From Felis catus (taxonomy: Eukaryota), in NCBI RefSeq assembly GCF_018350175.1, contig NC_058368.1, positions 5,270,001 through 5,334,000 on the forward strand: a stretch of DNA of 64,000 nt, read 5' to 3'. Made by a program: the position numbers and the translations under genes. The notes beneath the pieces were generated by a model. It saw only the letters and a list, made by a program, of their open reading frames with translations, had not been told where the DNA came from and did not search any database. Shown here in pieces: positions 26,180-40,226 of the stretch (positions within the stretch are counted from its first letter, which is position 1; every line of letters starts with the position of its first letter).

Positions 26180-27120
26180 ACAGAGGCAGATTGACTTGGC
26201 ACTAATGGAGCTTAAGGTTCAGGATATTTGCTCATTCTCAGGCCCTGGGAGGGAGCCGCCCACACGTTTATTTACATGGCCACTGATTTTTGTATAAGAA
26301 GTAGATTGAACCCGGATTGGGTAAGACGAGGGTCTCTTTTCAGTTGGACTTCACCCCTTATCACGCTTCCTCTTTTGTTAGATGGCATTGGAGTGGCATT
26401 GTAGGGATCTGGATAAGGAAAATTAGGAAATAACATCTTGTGTGGGTTTAGAGATCTATTTACGTGGCGTACAGTCCCTTTGGCGACTAAATTATTAACT
26501 ATGTCCCAGTGTAGGAGTAAGGATCAGAGATGCTTCTGTTGCCAGCACCTTGCTTGGGGTTGTGGGAGGACAGTGTAGGGTTAGAAGTGTGTGGGTCACA
26601 TTGGAGGGACGGTGTTTGAAAGGCATGGGGCCAGAAGCTAGTCTGTAGGAATTTCTTTCAGATTTTAAGTTTCATTCATAAAAGAAATTTGACAGAAGTT
26701 TCTCTGAATTTGACAGTCAAACATTTCACGAGATTACTGCTGTTCATGAATTGTGAAGTGAAAGAAATATCAAAATTTCAGTGAACAGTAACTTCTTAAC
26801 CATTATTACAGGAAAGAGTGAATTGTCTTTTATGAAAACTGTTACAGAATTGTCCGGTAAGAAGTGATCTCAGCAAATGAAATAAAAGAATACTAGGGAA
26901 GAAGTATTGTAGAATACTAGACAGTTAATAAAAATACTGTATTTTCTGAAAGTTGCAATGCAGTATATTTCAGGTTTTATGAATGATGTTGTGATTCTCC
27001 CCCATCATTCTAGATAAGTATTGTTGTTTTTTTTATTTTGTATTAAAGCAGGATTCCCCAAGTTGTATGTATATTGTATACAAATTATATCCAGACCCCA
27101 CAAGTCTGGACCTAGCTGTG
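26180..27120 (+). mobile_element. Old hAT DNA transposon remnant (Arthur1-like)
   Basis: 5' CAGAGGCAGATTGAC...CTAATGGAGCTTAAGGTTCAGG and 3' CAGACCCCACAAGTCTGGACC.AGCTGTG resemble the termini of hAT-Tip100 Arthur1 as I recall them. Confidence 0.55.
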
Positions 27121-28417
27121 GGTATATAATGAGTACACTAAATGAAAGGATGAGAAAACATTTTAGGATTACCTAGGAATGAACTACAATACATTGTGTT
27201 TTTCTATTAAATCTCCATGAGTGAATATACAAGGACCAATTATTAAACTGAAAAAGCAGCTTTAAAGTTCTTCTCCAAACATTGTTTTTCTGACAGTTTG
27301 CCTTAGAAAATTCCTGAGGATCTTGGTTTTCCTCTGGCTCTGACATGTGGCTCCTGTTTTCATTGCAGAGAACATTGCTGGCCAGCAGGGGGCACTGTGC
27401 TGTCAGTCTAGGTATGCAGTGAGCTCTGCCTGCAAAGCCCGTAAAGGTGGTGAAGAGAATAAATATTGATAGGGCTTTCCAGAGCTCCGGGTGTGTTAGA
27501 GGAAAAGAAATTACTTTCTCTTCCTGCCTCCCACCCCCCACCCCACGCTTTCTCTCTCGCATGCATGCACACTGAGTGATGAAATGCATATATTACAGAT
27601 TGTGCATTGGGTAGACATGAATAGGGAAAAGCTTGCTAGAGAAGATGACCCCTTGGGCTGTTGGCTCAGAAGCGGAGAAGGATGTGGTTTGATGAAAAGA
27701 AGAAAGAAAGATGTTCTAGGAATTTGGCAGGGGATTAAAAGAAGCGAGAGAACTTAAACTAATACTCTTCGCCATAAAGTGATTTCTGTTTAAGGGGGAG
27801 GATCTTTACTCTCATTTTTCCTGTGGGCTGAGTTACAGGATAAAGACTCCTGTGCTGAAAGCCAGACTGCTCTTCCCAAAGGAATGACTATATAAAAGTT
27901 TTATGCTCTGAGTGTTGCACTGGTGTTTGTTTCTTGTTAGATTCAAGTAGGGTAGATTAGAATTTCCTTCCTTCTGTCCATAGCCTCGGGCCGGGTTGTT
28001 GCTGGCGGAAGGAAGGGGCCGTAGGGAATAATATCAGATATGAGTGGTTCCTGCAACATTTTGTGGTGGGAAGCAGTGTAAGAATGAATTAGGTCTTTAA
28101 CCTAATTTCATGTTCTGATAAACAGCTTCTTATGTATGCCATTTCTAAAATTAGCCAAAAATAAAAGAACTGATGGTCCCTTGACAATTAAGTCTGGCTA
28201 CTACTAACCTTTATTTAAAATATTAAGTTACTATTAAAGTAGTAACACATGAGTTGTTAAAAGTTGAAATAGGTGTGGAAGCTTACCATGAAAATCAATA
28301 GTCTCCCTCCCCATCTCTCCCATTCTGGTTCTGTTCCACCAAAGGCAACCACTTTGAACTCCTTCTGCTTTTAATTCTTTTGTGGTTTCCACCATATTTA
28401 TTTTTTATGTTTATTAA

Positions 28418-28621
28418 AAAAAGTTTTTTTAACGTTCATTTTTGAGAGACAGAGCACAAGCAGGGATGGGGCAGAGAGAGAGGGAGACAAAGAATCCAAA
28501 GCAGGCTCCAGGCTCTGGGCTGTCAGCACAGGGTTCGATGCGGGGCTCGAACTCACAAACTGTGAGATCATGACCTGAGTCGAAGTCAGCCGCTTAACTG
28601 ACTGAATCACCCAGGTGCCTC
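28418..28621 (-). mobile_element. Can-SINE
   Basis: Reverse head, GA tract and T tail. Confidence 0.9.
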
Positions 28622-28624
28622 TAT

Positions 28625-28795
28625 ATTTCTTTTCTTTTTTTATTTTTTTGAGAGAGATAGCATGTGAGTGGGAGAGGGGCAAAGGAAGAGAGCAAGAATC
28701 CCAAGCAGGCTCCACGCTCAGCCTGGAGCCTGACGCAAGGCTCAATCTCATGACCCAAGGATCACAACCTGAGCTTTAAGCCAAGAGCAGGACAC
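28625..28795 (-). mobile_element. Can-SINE (diverged, adjacent to the previous one)
   Basis: GAATCCCAAGCAGGCTCCACGCTCAG...CTCAATCTCATGACC. Confidence 0.8.
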
Positions 28796-29824
28796 CTCTG
28801 TTTCCACAATAGTTCTAAATAGGTTTAGAAATAATCTTTCTGAATTCTCTTGTAGATAAATATTTAACTTCTGACTTTGGTGCCAAGTACTGACGTAGTA
28901 TATTGTGTTTATTTTTTTCCTAGTGTAACTTGCCTTTTCTTCCTCATTTTTCTACTACATTTTTTTTTTTTTACATATACTTGTTTTTGCCTTCAGATCA
29001 CTATTATACAACCTCTCTATATATTGAAAAAAAGATCTCTCAGAATAGTGTCTCAGTTCTATTTGTTTTTCCCCCCAGAGACCTCTTTCTCAGGTAAACT
29101 GGCTGTTGTGTGGATGTATTGTAAAATGATCATAGAACTTTCTTGATGTTTTGTTGAGTTGAATTCCCTATTTTTTTTGATAGTGTGTTAGTGTGTTGTT
29201 TTATTTATTGATTAATCCCTAATATTGTTAAGCCCATTTTGCAGTAAACAGTTTCCTAAGAAAGCTTACATGAAAGGTAAATTTGAGTGTCTGATAGTTT
29301 GGCTAGGTATAGAAATCTAAAGTGTTGCTCTAGCTGAATTTATGTTAAATTCAATGTGATATTTTTTCTCCTTTATAAATAAGTTATTTTTACAGTCTTG
29401 TGTTTTTAATAAAAGGATATTTGGTATTCTGTAATTTCAGATTTTTGAATAGGTCTCTCGTTTTGGGTACTTAGTGAAGCCTTTCAATCGAAAACTTTAT
29501 ATCTTAGAATTCTGAGAAATTTTCTTGTATATTTTTTAAAAAAATGTTCTCTTTGTCTTACTTTTGTAGAGCTTATAATAGTTGGATATTGAGTCTCACA
29601 TCAGTGCTCTTAGGTCTCTAATTTTCATCTTTTTTCTATTTTTTGATATATATTCACTTTTATATTTCACTTCTATGATTGGATTATCTTAGGCTGTCAT
29701 ACTTGTAATTCCTAATAACTCTTTCATTCTGTTACATTTAAAAAGTAGCGTCTTACCCTGGTTTTAGATGAATGTACTCTGTTCTTACAACTCTGAGGAT
29801 GTTAGCATTTTAAAAAGTACTCTT

Positions 29825-30038
29825 GGGGTGCCTGGGTGGCTCAGTCGGGTAAGCGTCTGACTCTATTTCAGCTCAGGTCGTGATCTCATGGTTCATGAGT
29901 GCGAGCCCTGTGTGGGGTTCTGTGCTGACAGTGCAGAGCCTGCGTGGGATTCTCTTTCTCTCTTTGCTCCTCCCCTGCTTGCTCTCTCTCTCTCTCTCTC
30001 TCTCTCAAAAAATAAATAAACCAAAAAAAAAAAAAAAA
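29825..30038 (+). mobile_element. Can-SINE
   Basis: Head, (CT)n, AATAAA and A tail. Confidence 0.9.
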
Positions 30039-30654
30039 GCATTCTTCTTAAAGTTTGCCGCATTGTGTTTCCTCAGATCTTTTCTTTTTCTCTTTTCATC
30101 TTTGAATGTCTTTTTCATAATTGCAACTTTCTACACATACTTGGTAATCTTCCAAAAAGCATAGACAACTGAGTGGTGCTTTATGAGCATGGGTCAGATA
30201 GCAAGCTCTGCTTTAGGAAGGACTTTGAAACATTGAGTATATGGAGAATTTTTTTTCTCTTCCTGTGAGGTTTCAGTGTTTGCCTAGGGCATGATCTTTA
30301 GCTCTCCAGCCATGGGTATAGGGCTCTAGCTCTGTGACGTTTCTGTGCCGCCAGAAGCAGGGGCCCTTCCAAGAAAGGAACAGGGCTGCTTTTCTTAAGC
30401 CTTTGCTTTTAGCCCTTTATAGTTTTATCTCCTGAAGTTTCCCCAGATTCTTAACCCTGATCTCCTGGCTTGGCTCCTCTGAGTAGAGACTTTAACTGTT
30501 TCCCCTTGCTTTTCCCCCTTGCCTCCATTCTTTTTCCATTGTTGGTGTCTCCACCTCCTGAACCTCCAGTGTTTTGTAGGCTAACACCCCTCTCTCCCTG
30601 TCCACAGGCCCCTCTGACACACTGGGGTGTGCCTGTCTCTGTCCTGCCTGATAA

Positions 30655-31007
30655 GTAATGGTGATGGTTCATTTTACGTATATGCCATGGAGTGCCCAGA
30701 TGTTCGGTCAAATATTATTCTGCGTGTTTCTGTGAGGGTGATTTTGGATTATATTAACATTTGGATCATACGGTAAAGCAGATTGCCTTCCCCAGTGTGG
30801 GTGGGCTTCATCCAATCAATTGAAGGTCTAAATCGAGCCATAAGGCTGAGTAAAGTGGGAGCCCCTCCTGCCTGACAGCCTTTGAACTGGGACAGCGTCT
30901 TTTTTTTTTTTTTTTCCTGCCTTCAGACTGGAGTTCCACTACTGGATGTCCAGCTTGCTGACCGAGGGTTAGGGACTTGTCAGAATCTATAATCTTGTGA
31001 ACAATTT

Positions 31008-31070
<63 letters not shown>

Positions 31071-31128
31071 TTCTCTCTACATATACATCCTGTTGGTTCT
31101 GTTTCTCTGGAGAATCCTGACTAATGCA
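30655..31128 (+). mobile_element. MLT2-type (ERVL) LTR containing a long (CT)n at 31012-31078
   Basis: TGATGGTTCATTTTACGT...TGCCCAGATGTTCGGTCAAATATTATTCTG...AGCAGATTGCCTTCCC...GGTTCTGTTTCTCTGGAGAATCCTGACTAAT. Confidence 0.85.
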
Positions 31129-31502
31129 GTGACCCTCTTGCTAGAACTGAATTATTACTCTCTCAAAAATGGACTGACTTATCTTCTCAGAAAATAGTTC
31201 TCAAAGTAGAACCTGTTCTTCTGTCTCAGCCCAGGGCCTTTCCCCAAGCAGTGTTGCCCTCTGGAGGTGTTCCCTTGCTGCGGCTCCTAGAGGCACGTGC
31301 CCAGCTTTCTCGCCAAAAGCAGACAGGAGTCTATTTTAGGAAAAAAAAAAAAAAAAATCTCCCCTGCTGATGATTCCATTTCTCATTTTGAAAAACATGG
31401 TTGTATATTTTTACATTCCTTTCTAATTTATGGTGCCTGGGTGGATGAGGATGATAAATGTGTGTGTCCATTTAACAGTTGTGAGTCAGAAACCAGGTCC
31501 TT

Positions 31503-31708
31503 AACGTTTTTTTTTAATGTTTATTTTTGAGAGACATAGAGCACGAATTGGGGAGGGGCAGAGAGAGAAGGAGACACAGAATCTGAGGCAGGCTCCAGGC
31601 TCCGAGCTGTCAGCACAGAGCCCCACACAGGGCTCGAACCCACCAACCGTGAGATCGTGACCTGAGCCGAAGTCGGATGCTCAACCGACTGAGCCACCCA
31701 GGTGCCCC
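31503..31708 (-). mobile_element. Can-SINE
   Basis: TSD GAAACCAGGTCCTT on both sides. Confidence 0.93.
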
Positions 31709-33553
31709 GAAACCAGGTCCTTTTTGGATTGAGCCTTTATGTGTGGGGCTTTAATAAAATGCTCTGTTCCTCATGTCTCTGTGAAGTTTCAGGTAGGCAA
31801 CTACACGGGTGTGTGCACTTTATGAAAAGTTGAGCTGTATACATGGTTCCTCATGCATACCAGAAAGTGCAGAAGACCTAGCAGAAAAGCTTGAGTTAAA
31901 CTTAAACATTTGAATGAAGGTTTGCAGGTACGTGTGAGTCACAAAAATGATATCGCTCACCTTGGGTTTTGATATCCGTAAACTTCTTGGACTCTTCGTA
32001 GCACACAGGACTGACAGATTTTGCTTTATCATCCAGACCTTGGTGAACTTTTTGTGCATTCCACACTAGTGAACCCTGCGTACTCCTCACCACACCTCCT
32101 GCTGATTTTCCTGTTTATCCGTGGCTAGGATCCCATGTAGACCTGGCTCATCTTTGGAGTTCCTAGGCTCTGCCTACTTGGGAAGTGACCTTTTTTGACT
32201 AGTTTTAACCTCCTCCTGGGACGAGCGATACCCCTGCTTCCATGGAACCTCTGCAGGCTTTAGGTGCTTCTACTTTGATGACTCTGTTTCAGAGTCCTGT
32301 CACACCTTGTTTGACTTGTGGTATGTCAGCCCCCAGAGCAGCCTTAAATATCCCTTTTGATTGGGTTTATTTCCTTGGGTTTGGAAAGAACATCGTGAAT
32401 TCTGAGTGCAGGGCCAAAGGTAGAATTACATGCAACAGACTTCGACCTGTTTTGCTGGTCCTGGGGCGGCAGTAGGATTGGGCTTCGTTTGTGACTCCTG
32501 TACCTGTTGGTGTCGAGGTCAGGTATTTTCATGATAGTTGGTGTTTCTTTTTATTCAAGATAGAATCTCCTTGAAGGCGGTCCTTTTCGCTTTGCTTTGA
32601 ATGAGAGTCTCCCAGCTTCCCTTCCTTTGATTTGATCTCAAAGTTCGCAGGTTTTCAGGTAAAGCAATTGAACCAAACCTACTTCTCAGTGATGCTACAT
32701 CTGGAGATAGTAGCTATAAGCAACCGGTGTCTTGCATTTGGAACTGCGTATCTCAGAGTTGTCCATGGGCGAAGATTTGCCTGGCAGCGTGCTTTGTGCT
32801 CAAAATGTTGTTGTGTCTCCGTTCTCTTCTCCCCTGGCCACATTTTCATCGAAGTATTGAAATAAACGCTTTGTGCCCAGAGGCATTTATTGAATGATGC
32901 GTTATGTGTTACAGAAAAGAACATGCTAAGAAGGTCTGTGTCAGCTGTCATAAAGTGCTATGAAGAAGTGTGTTACTTATACCACTAGCCCAGGTCCAAT
33001 TACTACATTCTGGGGACAGGCTATGAGATAAGGCAGTATCTTGCACTTTTTCCCCAGCTATGGAAGAAGAAACAGGAAGAGTGTTGAAAATAGAGATTTT
33101 CAAAAGTGTTGAAAATAGTGTTCTCCTATGAGCTTTGCAACTGGTGGAATTGTAATAGTTCAGGAAGATGACGTGAGCGTTTTTAGTGAAGTGGTCCTAG
33201 CCCTGTTTATCGGCAGGGATTTCTATACTGGAGAGGATTTCCTGAACATAATTGGGGGGGGGGGTGTTGGTTGGCAAAGCATCAGGAGTCCGTGCTAGAT
33301 GGGGAAGGCCATAGGCTTTGCTGTCCATTGGTCCATCCTTTTGGTTGTGTGTATACCTAAGGGGGATTTACTGCTCCCATTTCAAAGTTGAGTGTTAAGC
33401 TAGTTTAATTTCTGGGTTTCTGGAGGCTCGTTTTAGGGGGAAGTTACACTTGGATTAGTTACTGCGTTTTAGATTTGCCTTTAGAGACCAGTTGTCAATT
33501 TTGGTGTTTCTCACAGCCAGAAAATCCTAACTCAAGCGTCATGTCTGGGTTTT

Positions 33554-33778
33554 CTTTTTTTTTTTTTTTTTTTTAACGTTTATTTATTTTTGAGACCGAG
33601 AGAGACAGAGCATGAACGGGGGAGGGTCAGACAGAGAGGGAGACACAGAATCTGAAACAGGCTCCAGGCTCTGAGCTGTCAGCACAGAGCCCGACGCGGG
33701 GGCTCGAACTCCCGGACCGCGAGATCATGACCTGAGCTGAAGTCGGCCGCTTAACCGACTGAGCCACCCAGGCGCCCC
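33554..33778 (-). mobile_element. Young Can-SINE (SINEC_Fc-like)
   Basis: CpG-rich near-consensus body, T20 tail, TSD TGTCTGGGTTTT at 33542 and 33780. Confidence 0.94.
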
Positions 33779-35004
33779 GTGTCTGGGTTTTTTGTGCTGA
33801 GTTCAGGCGATGAGACTTCTGGAATGCTTTGTGATGTGTGGCCGGTGTAGCTCCAGACCCACGTGTTTGCCAGGCCCTGTTTCCTGTAGGGGTCGTTTCC
33901 CAGACTCTCCAGGTGCTAAGAGTGCCCAAGGGGAGCGTGCCCCCCCCCCCCAGACACGTGACCCCTGCTGAGCCAGGTTTCCCCAGGGGAGGGGGTTTGC
34001 AGGTTGCTGCAGTTGTCAGCTCTTGTCTTCTTGGAATCCAGAGACCTCAGGTTCTCGAGATGAAAAGGCCGGTGTCTGACTCAAGTGGTCTGTCCGTACT
34101 TCTGCGCGTGGTTCCGCCCACGTTGGCCCTTCCCTGCGTCTCCCACGGAAGGAACCACGGGAGCGCTCACACTCCCCGCTTTGCCCTTGCTGTTCCCTGC
34201 TTCTGTGGTGCTCTTCCCTGCTGTGCCCACGTGGATGTTTCTGCTGCTTCACCTCCCTCAGGGCTTAGCGCAGCCTTCACCTTCTTGGTGAAACATGTGC
34301 TGATCTTGCCGTTGAGGATCAACCCCCTTTCCCCAGGCCCCGCTCGCGTACTTCTGTGTCCCTCTTCCCCGATTGATTTTCCTCCACGGTGTTTATCACA
34401 TCTATTCTGTCCTGTTTTGTTTTCAAGCTCCTTTTTCCTCTAGAATGTAATTCCCATGAGGGTATGCAGTTTTGACCGGTCGGTTCCCTGTGGTGCCTGA
34501 CACAGTGCTAGTACCCGGATGGGGCTCAGTGAATATCCGTGGAAGGAAGGTCGGACGGATGTTTGACGAGCCCCTGGTCATTGCTCACGTCGCCCAGTTT
34601 TGGCAGACGCTGCTCTAACATGTTTAGAGGGAATCCGAGTGAACCACAGGAAATGCCTGTTTTCTCCTGGTCACTTCTCCCCATTCCCCAGGCTCTACGA
34701 TGTGCTAACTACCTATGGTGCTTGGAGCCAGTGCCCGTCCTTGCCGTGAACAGCCATGTCCGCAGGCGTGCTGACGTGTGGTTTGAGTGGGCATCTTTTG
34801 GGGCCGACTCGTTCACCTGGGTGAACGGATGCTTCTTTTGGGAACCTCCTTAATTGGCCCGTTTCACCCTGTGTATGGTTCTTAACTCTGGTACGGGGAC
34901 CGGATGGTAGATGTCTCTCCTCCTTGTTAGGTGTTGTAGTGTTCACCTGGACTGACTTCAAAAAGGAGATTTGAGCAAAGCTACCTGTTCAAGGGTGGTT
35001 GCCG

Positions 35005-35575
35005 GTCAGGGTATGGTCCTTGGACCAGCACCGTTGACCTCACTGGGAACTTGTTGGCAATGCAGAATCACAGGCCCACTCTAGACCTACCGAGTCAGAA
35101 CGTGCACGTATTGGTTAGTTTTACGTGCAACTTGACCCGGCCGTGGTGCCCAGGTGTTTGGTCAAACATTATTGTAGATGTTTCTGTGAAGGTGTTTTTG
35201 AATGAGATTAGCATTTAAATTGGTAGACTGTGAATACAGATGATCCTCTACTTTGGGTGGCCTCATGCAGTTAGTGGAAAGCCTGAACAGAACGAAGTCT
35301 GCCTTTCCTGGACGAGAAGGAATTCCGCCATCAGACAGCCATCAGACGTGAAAGAGCACGTTAGATCTTCCCCTGGGTCTCCGGTCGGCTGGTCCACCCT
35401 GCAGACTTTGGACTTGTCAAGCCTCCACAATTGGGCGAGTTCCTTAACATCTCTCTTTCCCTGTCTCTGTGTATACACTTCTGTTGCTTCTGTTTCTCTG
35501 GAGAACCCCAACGAATCCATTTTAACAAGGTCCCCCAGCAATTTATATGCATCTTTAAGTTGGGGAGGCACTACC
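35005..35575. mobile_element. MER5A-like hAT MITE split by an MLT2 LTR
   Basis: TGGACCAGCA...GGGAACTTGTT..AAATGCAGAATC.CAGGCCCAC...GAGTCAGAA left half; TTTTAACAAG.TCCCC right half. Confidence 0.7.
35108..35515 (+). mobile_element. MLT2-type LTR
   Basis: TGGTTAGTTTTACGTGCAACTTGAC...GTGCCCAG.TGTTTGGTCAAACATTATT...TTCTGTTTCTCTGGAGAACCC. Confidence 0.82.
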
Positions 35576-36804
35576 CTAAACTCTTCTGGTGGAAGGATTT
35601 TGAGGTGCTTGCCTTTAGCGGGTTGTAGTTGTGTGTCTCTAAATCTGTGCCAGGACACATCAGGGTTGTCTGTCAAGACGATTGTTTTCAGGCTACGCAG
35701 TAGCCATCTCTTAGACCCATGTCGGTTTCTCTGAATTACTGATTACACTCATCCTGTTTCAGTATGAAAATATCTTAGACTCACTTTTCTAGTCTGACTA
35801 GAATAAAAGTTAGTATGTTTTCCTCCCACATCTTACCTTTGGTTTTCTCACATAAATGGGATCTCTGTCTACTCCAGACCTTTACGGCATTTCAGAGACA
35901 GGTGGGTCCTCTTACGCACACTTAGTATCTTACTGAACTGGGAAACGTTCACGCATAGACGGGGTCGTGTACCGTCAGTGTGAGTGTGTCTGTTCCATAC
36001 AGATGCAATCTGGGGTTTATAGTCACACTACTTTATAAGATGCTTTTTCGTCTTCAAGTATGTGAATTTTCCTGTTTTCTTTATGACAAATGTTGTTTGC
36101 TTTGTTTCAGTGGTCAGTACACCATAAAGGAATACGTGATGTTCTGTTTGAATTTGTCCTCTAAACTGTAGTTAAGAGAACTTTATACCGTAACTTTATA
36201 CAACATGTACTGTCGTGTACGTGAACTTGATATATTTTCCCTACTCTTTAATGAGCTTGATTGCAGCTAGTTTGTTCTGTCTGGCAAAATTTTACAGTGA
36301 CGTCTTATACCCCAACGGGCTACATAAATGAATGGGGGCTCCATGCAAACGTATTTTCTAGCTAGTTGAGTGATATCCCTTCAAGTGTCAGAATCTTTAA
36401 GTTTGAACGGTCTTAGAAGTGGTTTTCATGTAATTGTCTATATGTATATTTAATACTGTAAGCAGACGAAGGCTAAAAATAATTCTGAGGATGACTCCAG
36501 TGTGTATTGTGAAACACAAGGCTGATGTACCATGGGGATGATCTTTTCTGAGACAGTAGCAGTAAATGGTACATGGGACAGTCTCCTGTTTCCCCAAGTG
36601 ACCTTAAGATGCTATATTTTTTGAGTTGCCTGGCTTTATTATTTTGTTGTTGGGACTTATAGCAGTATATATGCCCCTAGTGTTCTGTCTCCTGAGGCAT
36701 TTGCTCTTCTATTTTGGTGTTTCTGATTTGTTGTGTATTTGTGTGTTGTGTTGTTCTGCTGGATAATCTTGCTGTCATATATTTCAGTTAAGAGTTGGCT
36801 CAGA

Positions 36805-37422
36805 TAGAACTACCCCATGATCCAGCAGTTGCACTGTTAGGTATTACTCAAAGGATACAAAAATACAGATTCAAAGGGGGGTGTATGCACCCCGATGTTC
36901 ATAGCAGCATTATCAACAATAGCCAAACTATGGAGAGAGCCTAAATGTCCATCGACTGATGAATAGATAAAGCAGATGGGGTATATATGTATACACACAC
37001 ACACACACACACACCATGGAATATAACTCAGCCATCAAAAAGAATGAAATCTTGCCATTTGTGATGACGTGGATAGAGCTAGAATGTATTAATGCGAAGT
37101 GAAATAAGTCAGAGAAAGACAAATATGATTTTGCTCATAGGTAGAATTTAAGAAACAGATGAACATATAAGGGGGGGGGATAAAGAGAAGAAAGGGAAAC
37201 CACAAAAGATTCTTCATGATGGAGAACAGACAGGGTTGATGGAGGGAGGTGGGTAGGAGATGGGCTAGATTGGTGATGGGTATTATGGAGGGCACTTGTG
37301 ATGAGCACTGGGTGTTATATAAGTGATGAATCATTGAGTTTTCTACTTCTGAAACCAGCATTGCACTGTATATCCCCTAACTTAAAGTTTAAAGAAATAT
37401 TTAAAAAAGACAATTTAAAAAA
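36805..37422 (+). mobile_element. 5'-truncated carnivore L1 (ORF2 end plus 3'UTR)
   Basis: TAGAACTACCCCATGATCCAGCA...AAATGTCCATCGACTGATGAAT...; perfect 15-bp TSD AAGAGTTGGCTCAGA (36790-36804, 37423-37437) at a TT|AAGA site. Confidence 0.93.
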
Positions 37423-37837
37423 AAGAGTTGGCTCAGAATTAGGTCTTCAGAAGGCAAACTAGGAGTCAAGCGGGTACTTCTTGTTGGTAAGCCTTTGAGC
37501 AGCCAAAGGAAATCTGGTTCATTTGGCCCCTTCAGCTTCTCACTTTATGCCTTTGGATTATTTCATTGTTCATTGATTATCTGCTATGTAGTGGGAACAT
37601 ATGAAGTTGAAGTAAGCATCTTAATGTTCCCAGAATCTATTTTGGGGATGGATAAATATAATACAGAGCAAAGCAGAGACCATATAATGTAGGGACAAAC
37701 ACCATCCTGTGGGCTTGGAGGAAAGAGTCTGTGATTTGACCAAATTTAATGGCATATATAAGATGGGAAGGGCAGTTTAGTTACGGAGAGACCATTTGGG
37801 TGAGAGAGGATGTCGCAGGTGGAAACAAAAATGGGGA

Positions 37838-39412
37838 CATCTACAGATTCAATACAATTTTTATCGAGATCTAGTGGCATTTTTTACAGAAGTGGAAAAA
37901 ACACTGCTAAAATGATATGGAACCACAAAAGACCCTAAATAGCCAAAGAAATTCTGAGAAGGAAGAACACAGTGAGAGGCATTACACTTCCTAAGTTAAC
38001 GCTATACTCTAAAGCCATAGTCCTCACGACAGTATGGTCTTGGCATAAAAACAGACAAATAGATCAACAGAACTGAATCAAGAGCCCAGAGATAAACCCG
38101 AGTATATATGGTCCACCGATACTTGGAGAGGGAGCCAAGAATTCTCAAGGGAGAAGAGACCATCTTTTCAATAAGGTGCTGGGATAATTGGATACTCACA
38201 TGTCAAAGAATGAAACTAGACCCCCATCTTACACCACTTACAAAAATTTAACTTGAAGTAAAGACTTAAGCGTAAGACCGCAAGCCATGAAACTCTTGCC
38301 GGAGAACATAGAAACAAGCTCGTTGGCGTGGGTTTTCGTGATGATTTTTTGGATGTGACCCCTGAAACCCAAGCAACAAAATAAAAAACAAGTGGGACTA
38401 CCTCCAAGTCAAAAGCTTCCGCCCAGCCAGAGAAACCATCAATAAAGTGAAAAGAGAATCTGTGGAATGGGGAAAATGCATTTGCAAACCAAGTATCTGA
38501 TAAGGGGCTAGTATATAACATACATAAAAGACTCCTACAACTCGATGGAAAGAAATGTCAGTTGAAAAATGGGCAAAGGACCCGAATAGGCACTTCTCCA
38601 AAGAAGATAGACGAAAAGCCAATAGGCACATGAAAAGATGCTCAGCATCACTAGTCATTAGAGAAATACAAATTAAAACCATAAGGACCCTATCACATTA
38701 CACGTATTTGGATAGCCAGCATCAAAAAAAGATAACAAATGCTGGCATGGATGTGGAGATATAAACGGGTGCAGCCACTGGGGGGAACAGTATGGCGTTT
38801 CCTCACAGAATTAAATATAACTACCCTATGACCCATCAGTTCAACTTTGGGCAATATAGCAGCACTGTTTAGTCAAGACATGGAAACAGCCTGTCTGTTG
38901 ATGGGTGAATGGATGAAGAAGTTGTGGTATATACATAAAGTGGAATATTACTCAGCCACAGAAAATGAGGGAGCCCTACCATTTGAGATGTGGCTAGACC
39001 CCGAAGGCATGTGAAGTAAGTGAAGTAAATCAGAAAAAGAGGACATAATGCATGATCTCACACGTAGAATCTAAAGAATCCAAACCCAAACTCCTAGAAA
39101 AAGATGAAACCTGTAATTACCAGAAGTGGAGGGTGGGAGGAAGGAAATTGGATAAGGTGGCCAAAAGTTACAAACTTCCAGTTAGGAGATAAACAAGTAC
39201 AAGGAATGTAACGTACAACATGATGGCGATAGCTACCGCTGCTGTATGGTAGATATGAAAGTTAAAGTTCGCTTGTGCCCATATGAGAAGACGGGTGTTG
39301 GCTGAACCTGTTGTGATAACCACTTCACGATAGATGTAAATCAGAGCATCATGCTGTGCACCTTAAGTTATACAGTGATGCATATCAATTATTTCTTAGT
39401 AAAACTGGAAAA
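37838..39412 (+). mobile_element. Older L1 ORF2 C-terminal half plus 3'UTR, disrupted
   Basis: ORF piece [15 protein letters not shown]...[20 protein letters not shown] is L1 ORF2; multiple frameshifts. Confidence 0.9.
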
Positions 39413-39920
39413 CAGTTCCAAGCAAGCGTGAGTAAAGGATGTGATAGGAATGGAGATTTTTCAGGTGTGGTTGACCAAAAATAAAGCTCCCACCTGTGGT
39501 AGGTATCCAGAGGGATACCTTCCTGGTACCCAGGGCATACTTTATGGAATTAACTTGCTGCATTGAATCGATGGCTTTCTGTTAAGAACTATCATGCATC
39601 ACAAATCATGGAGTAATAATTCTACCCCGCTTGTGTGAATTACCCAAGGTATTTCTATCTACTTCAGTGTTCGTATCTTCTGTATGTGGAATGTGTACCT
39701 CTTTCTGTTTTGCGATCCTTGAGACATGTCTTCCTTTAACTAATATTCTTGATGTGCTTACTATAGCTCCCAGAAGGTGGACAAATTTCCCTGCTCACAC
39801 CGTGTGAATAGTAAATATGTCTAAATTTGAAAACAAAGATCCCATTGGAAGATTTTCTTGTCAGGTGTGTCCTTTTACAAGATTTTGTAAAGGGCCAGCA
39901 TGGCAATTTTCTTGTCCTGA

Positions 39921-40226
<306 letters not shown>

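Noticed and set aside
33080..33118. 14-bp direct repeat with an 8-bp hairpin (TTGAAAAT-AGAG-ATTTTCAA)
   Set aside because: Short and AT-rich; compatible with a local replication slip, with no evidence of function.
33838..34443. Longest ORF (201 aa)
   Set aside because: Starts at GTG, has low-complexity Pro/Leu/Ser composition, overlaps an L2-like remnant, and has no recognisable homology or splice support.
36095..36171. Acceptor-like TTTGCTTTGTTTCAG|TGGTCAGTAC as an alternative version of the 40034 exon
   Set aside because: The translation (SGQYTIKEYV...) does not resemble the STAKYSV exon beyond chance, and there is no convincing donor.
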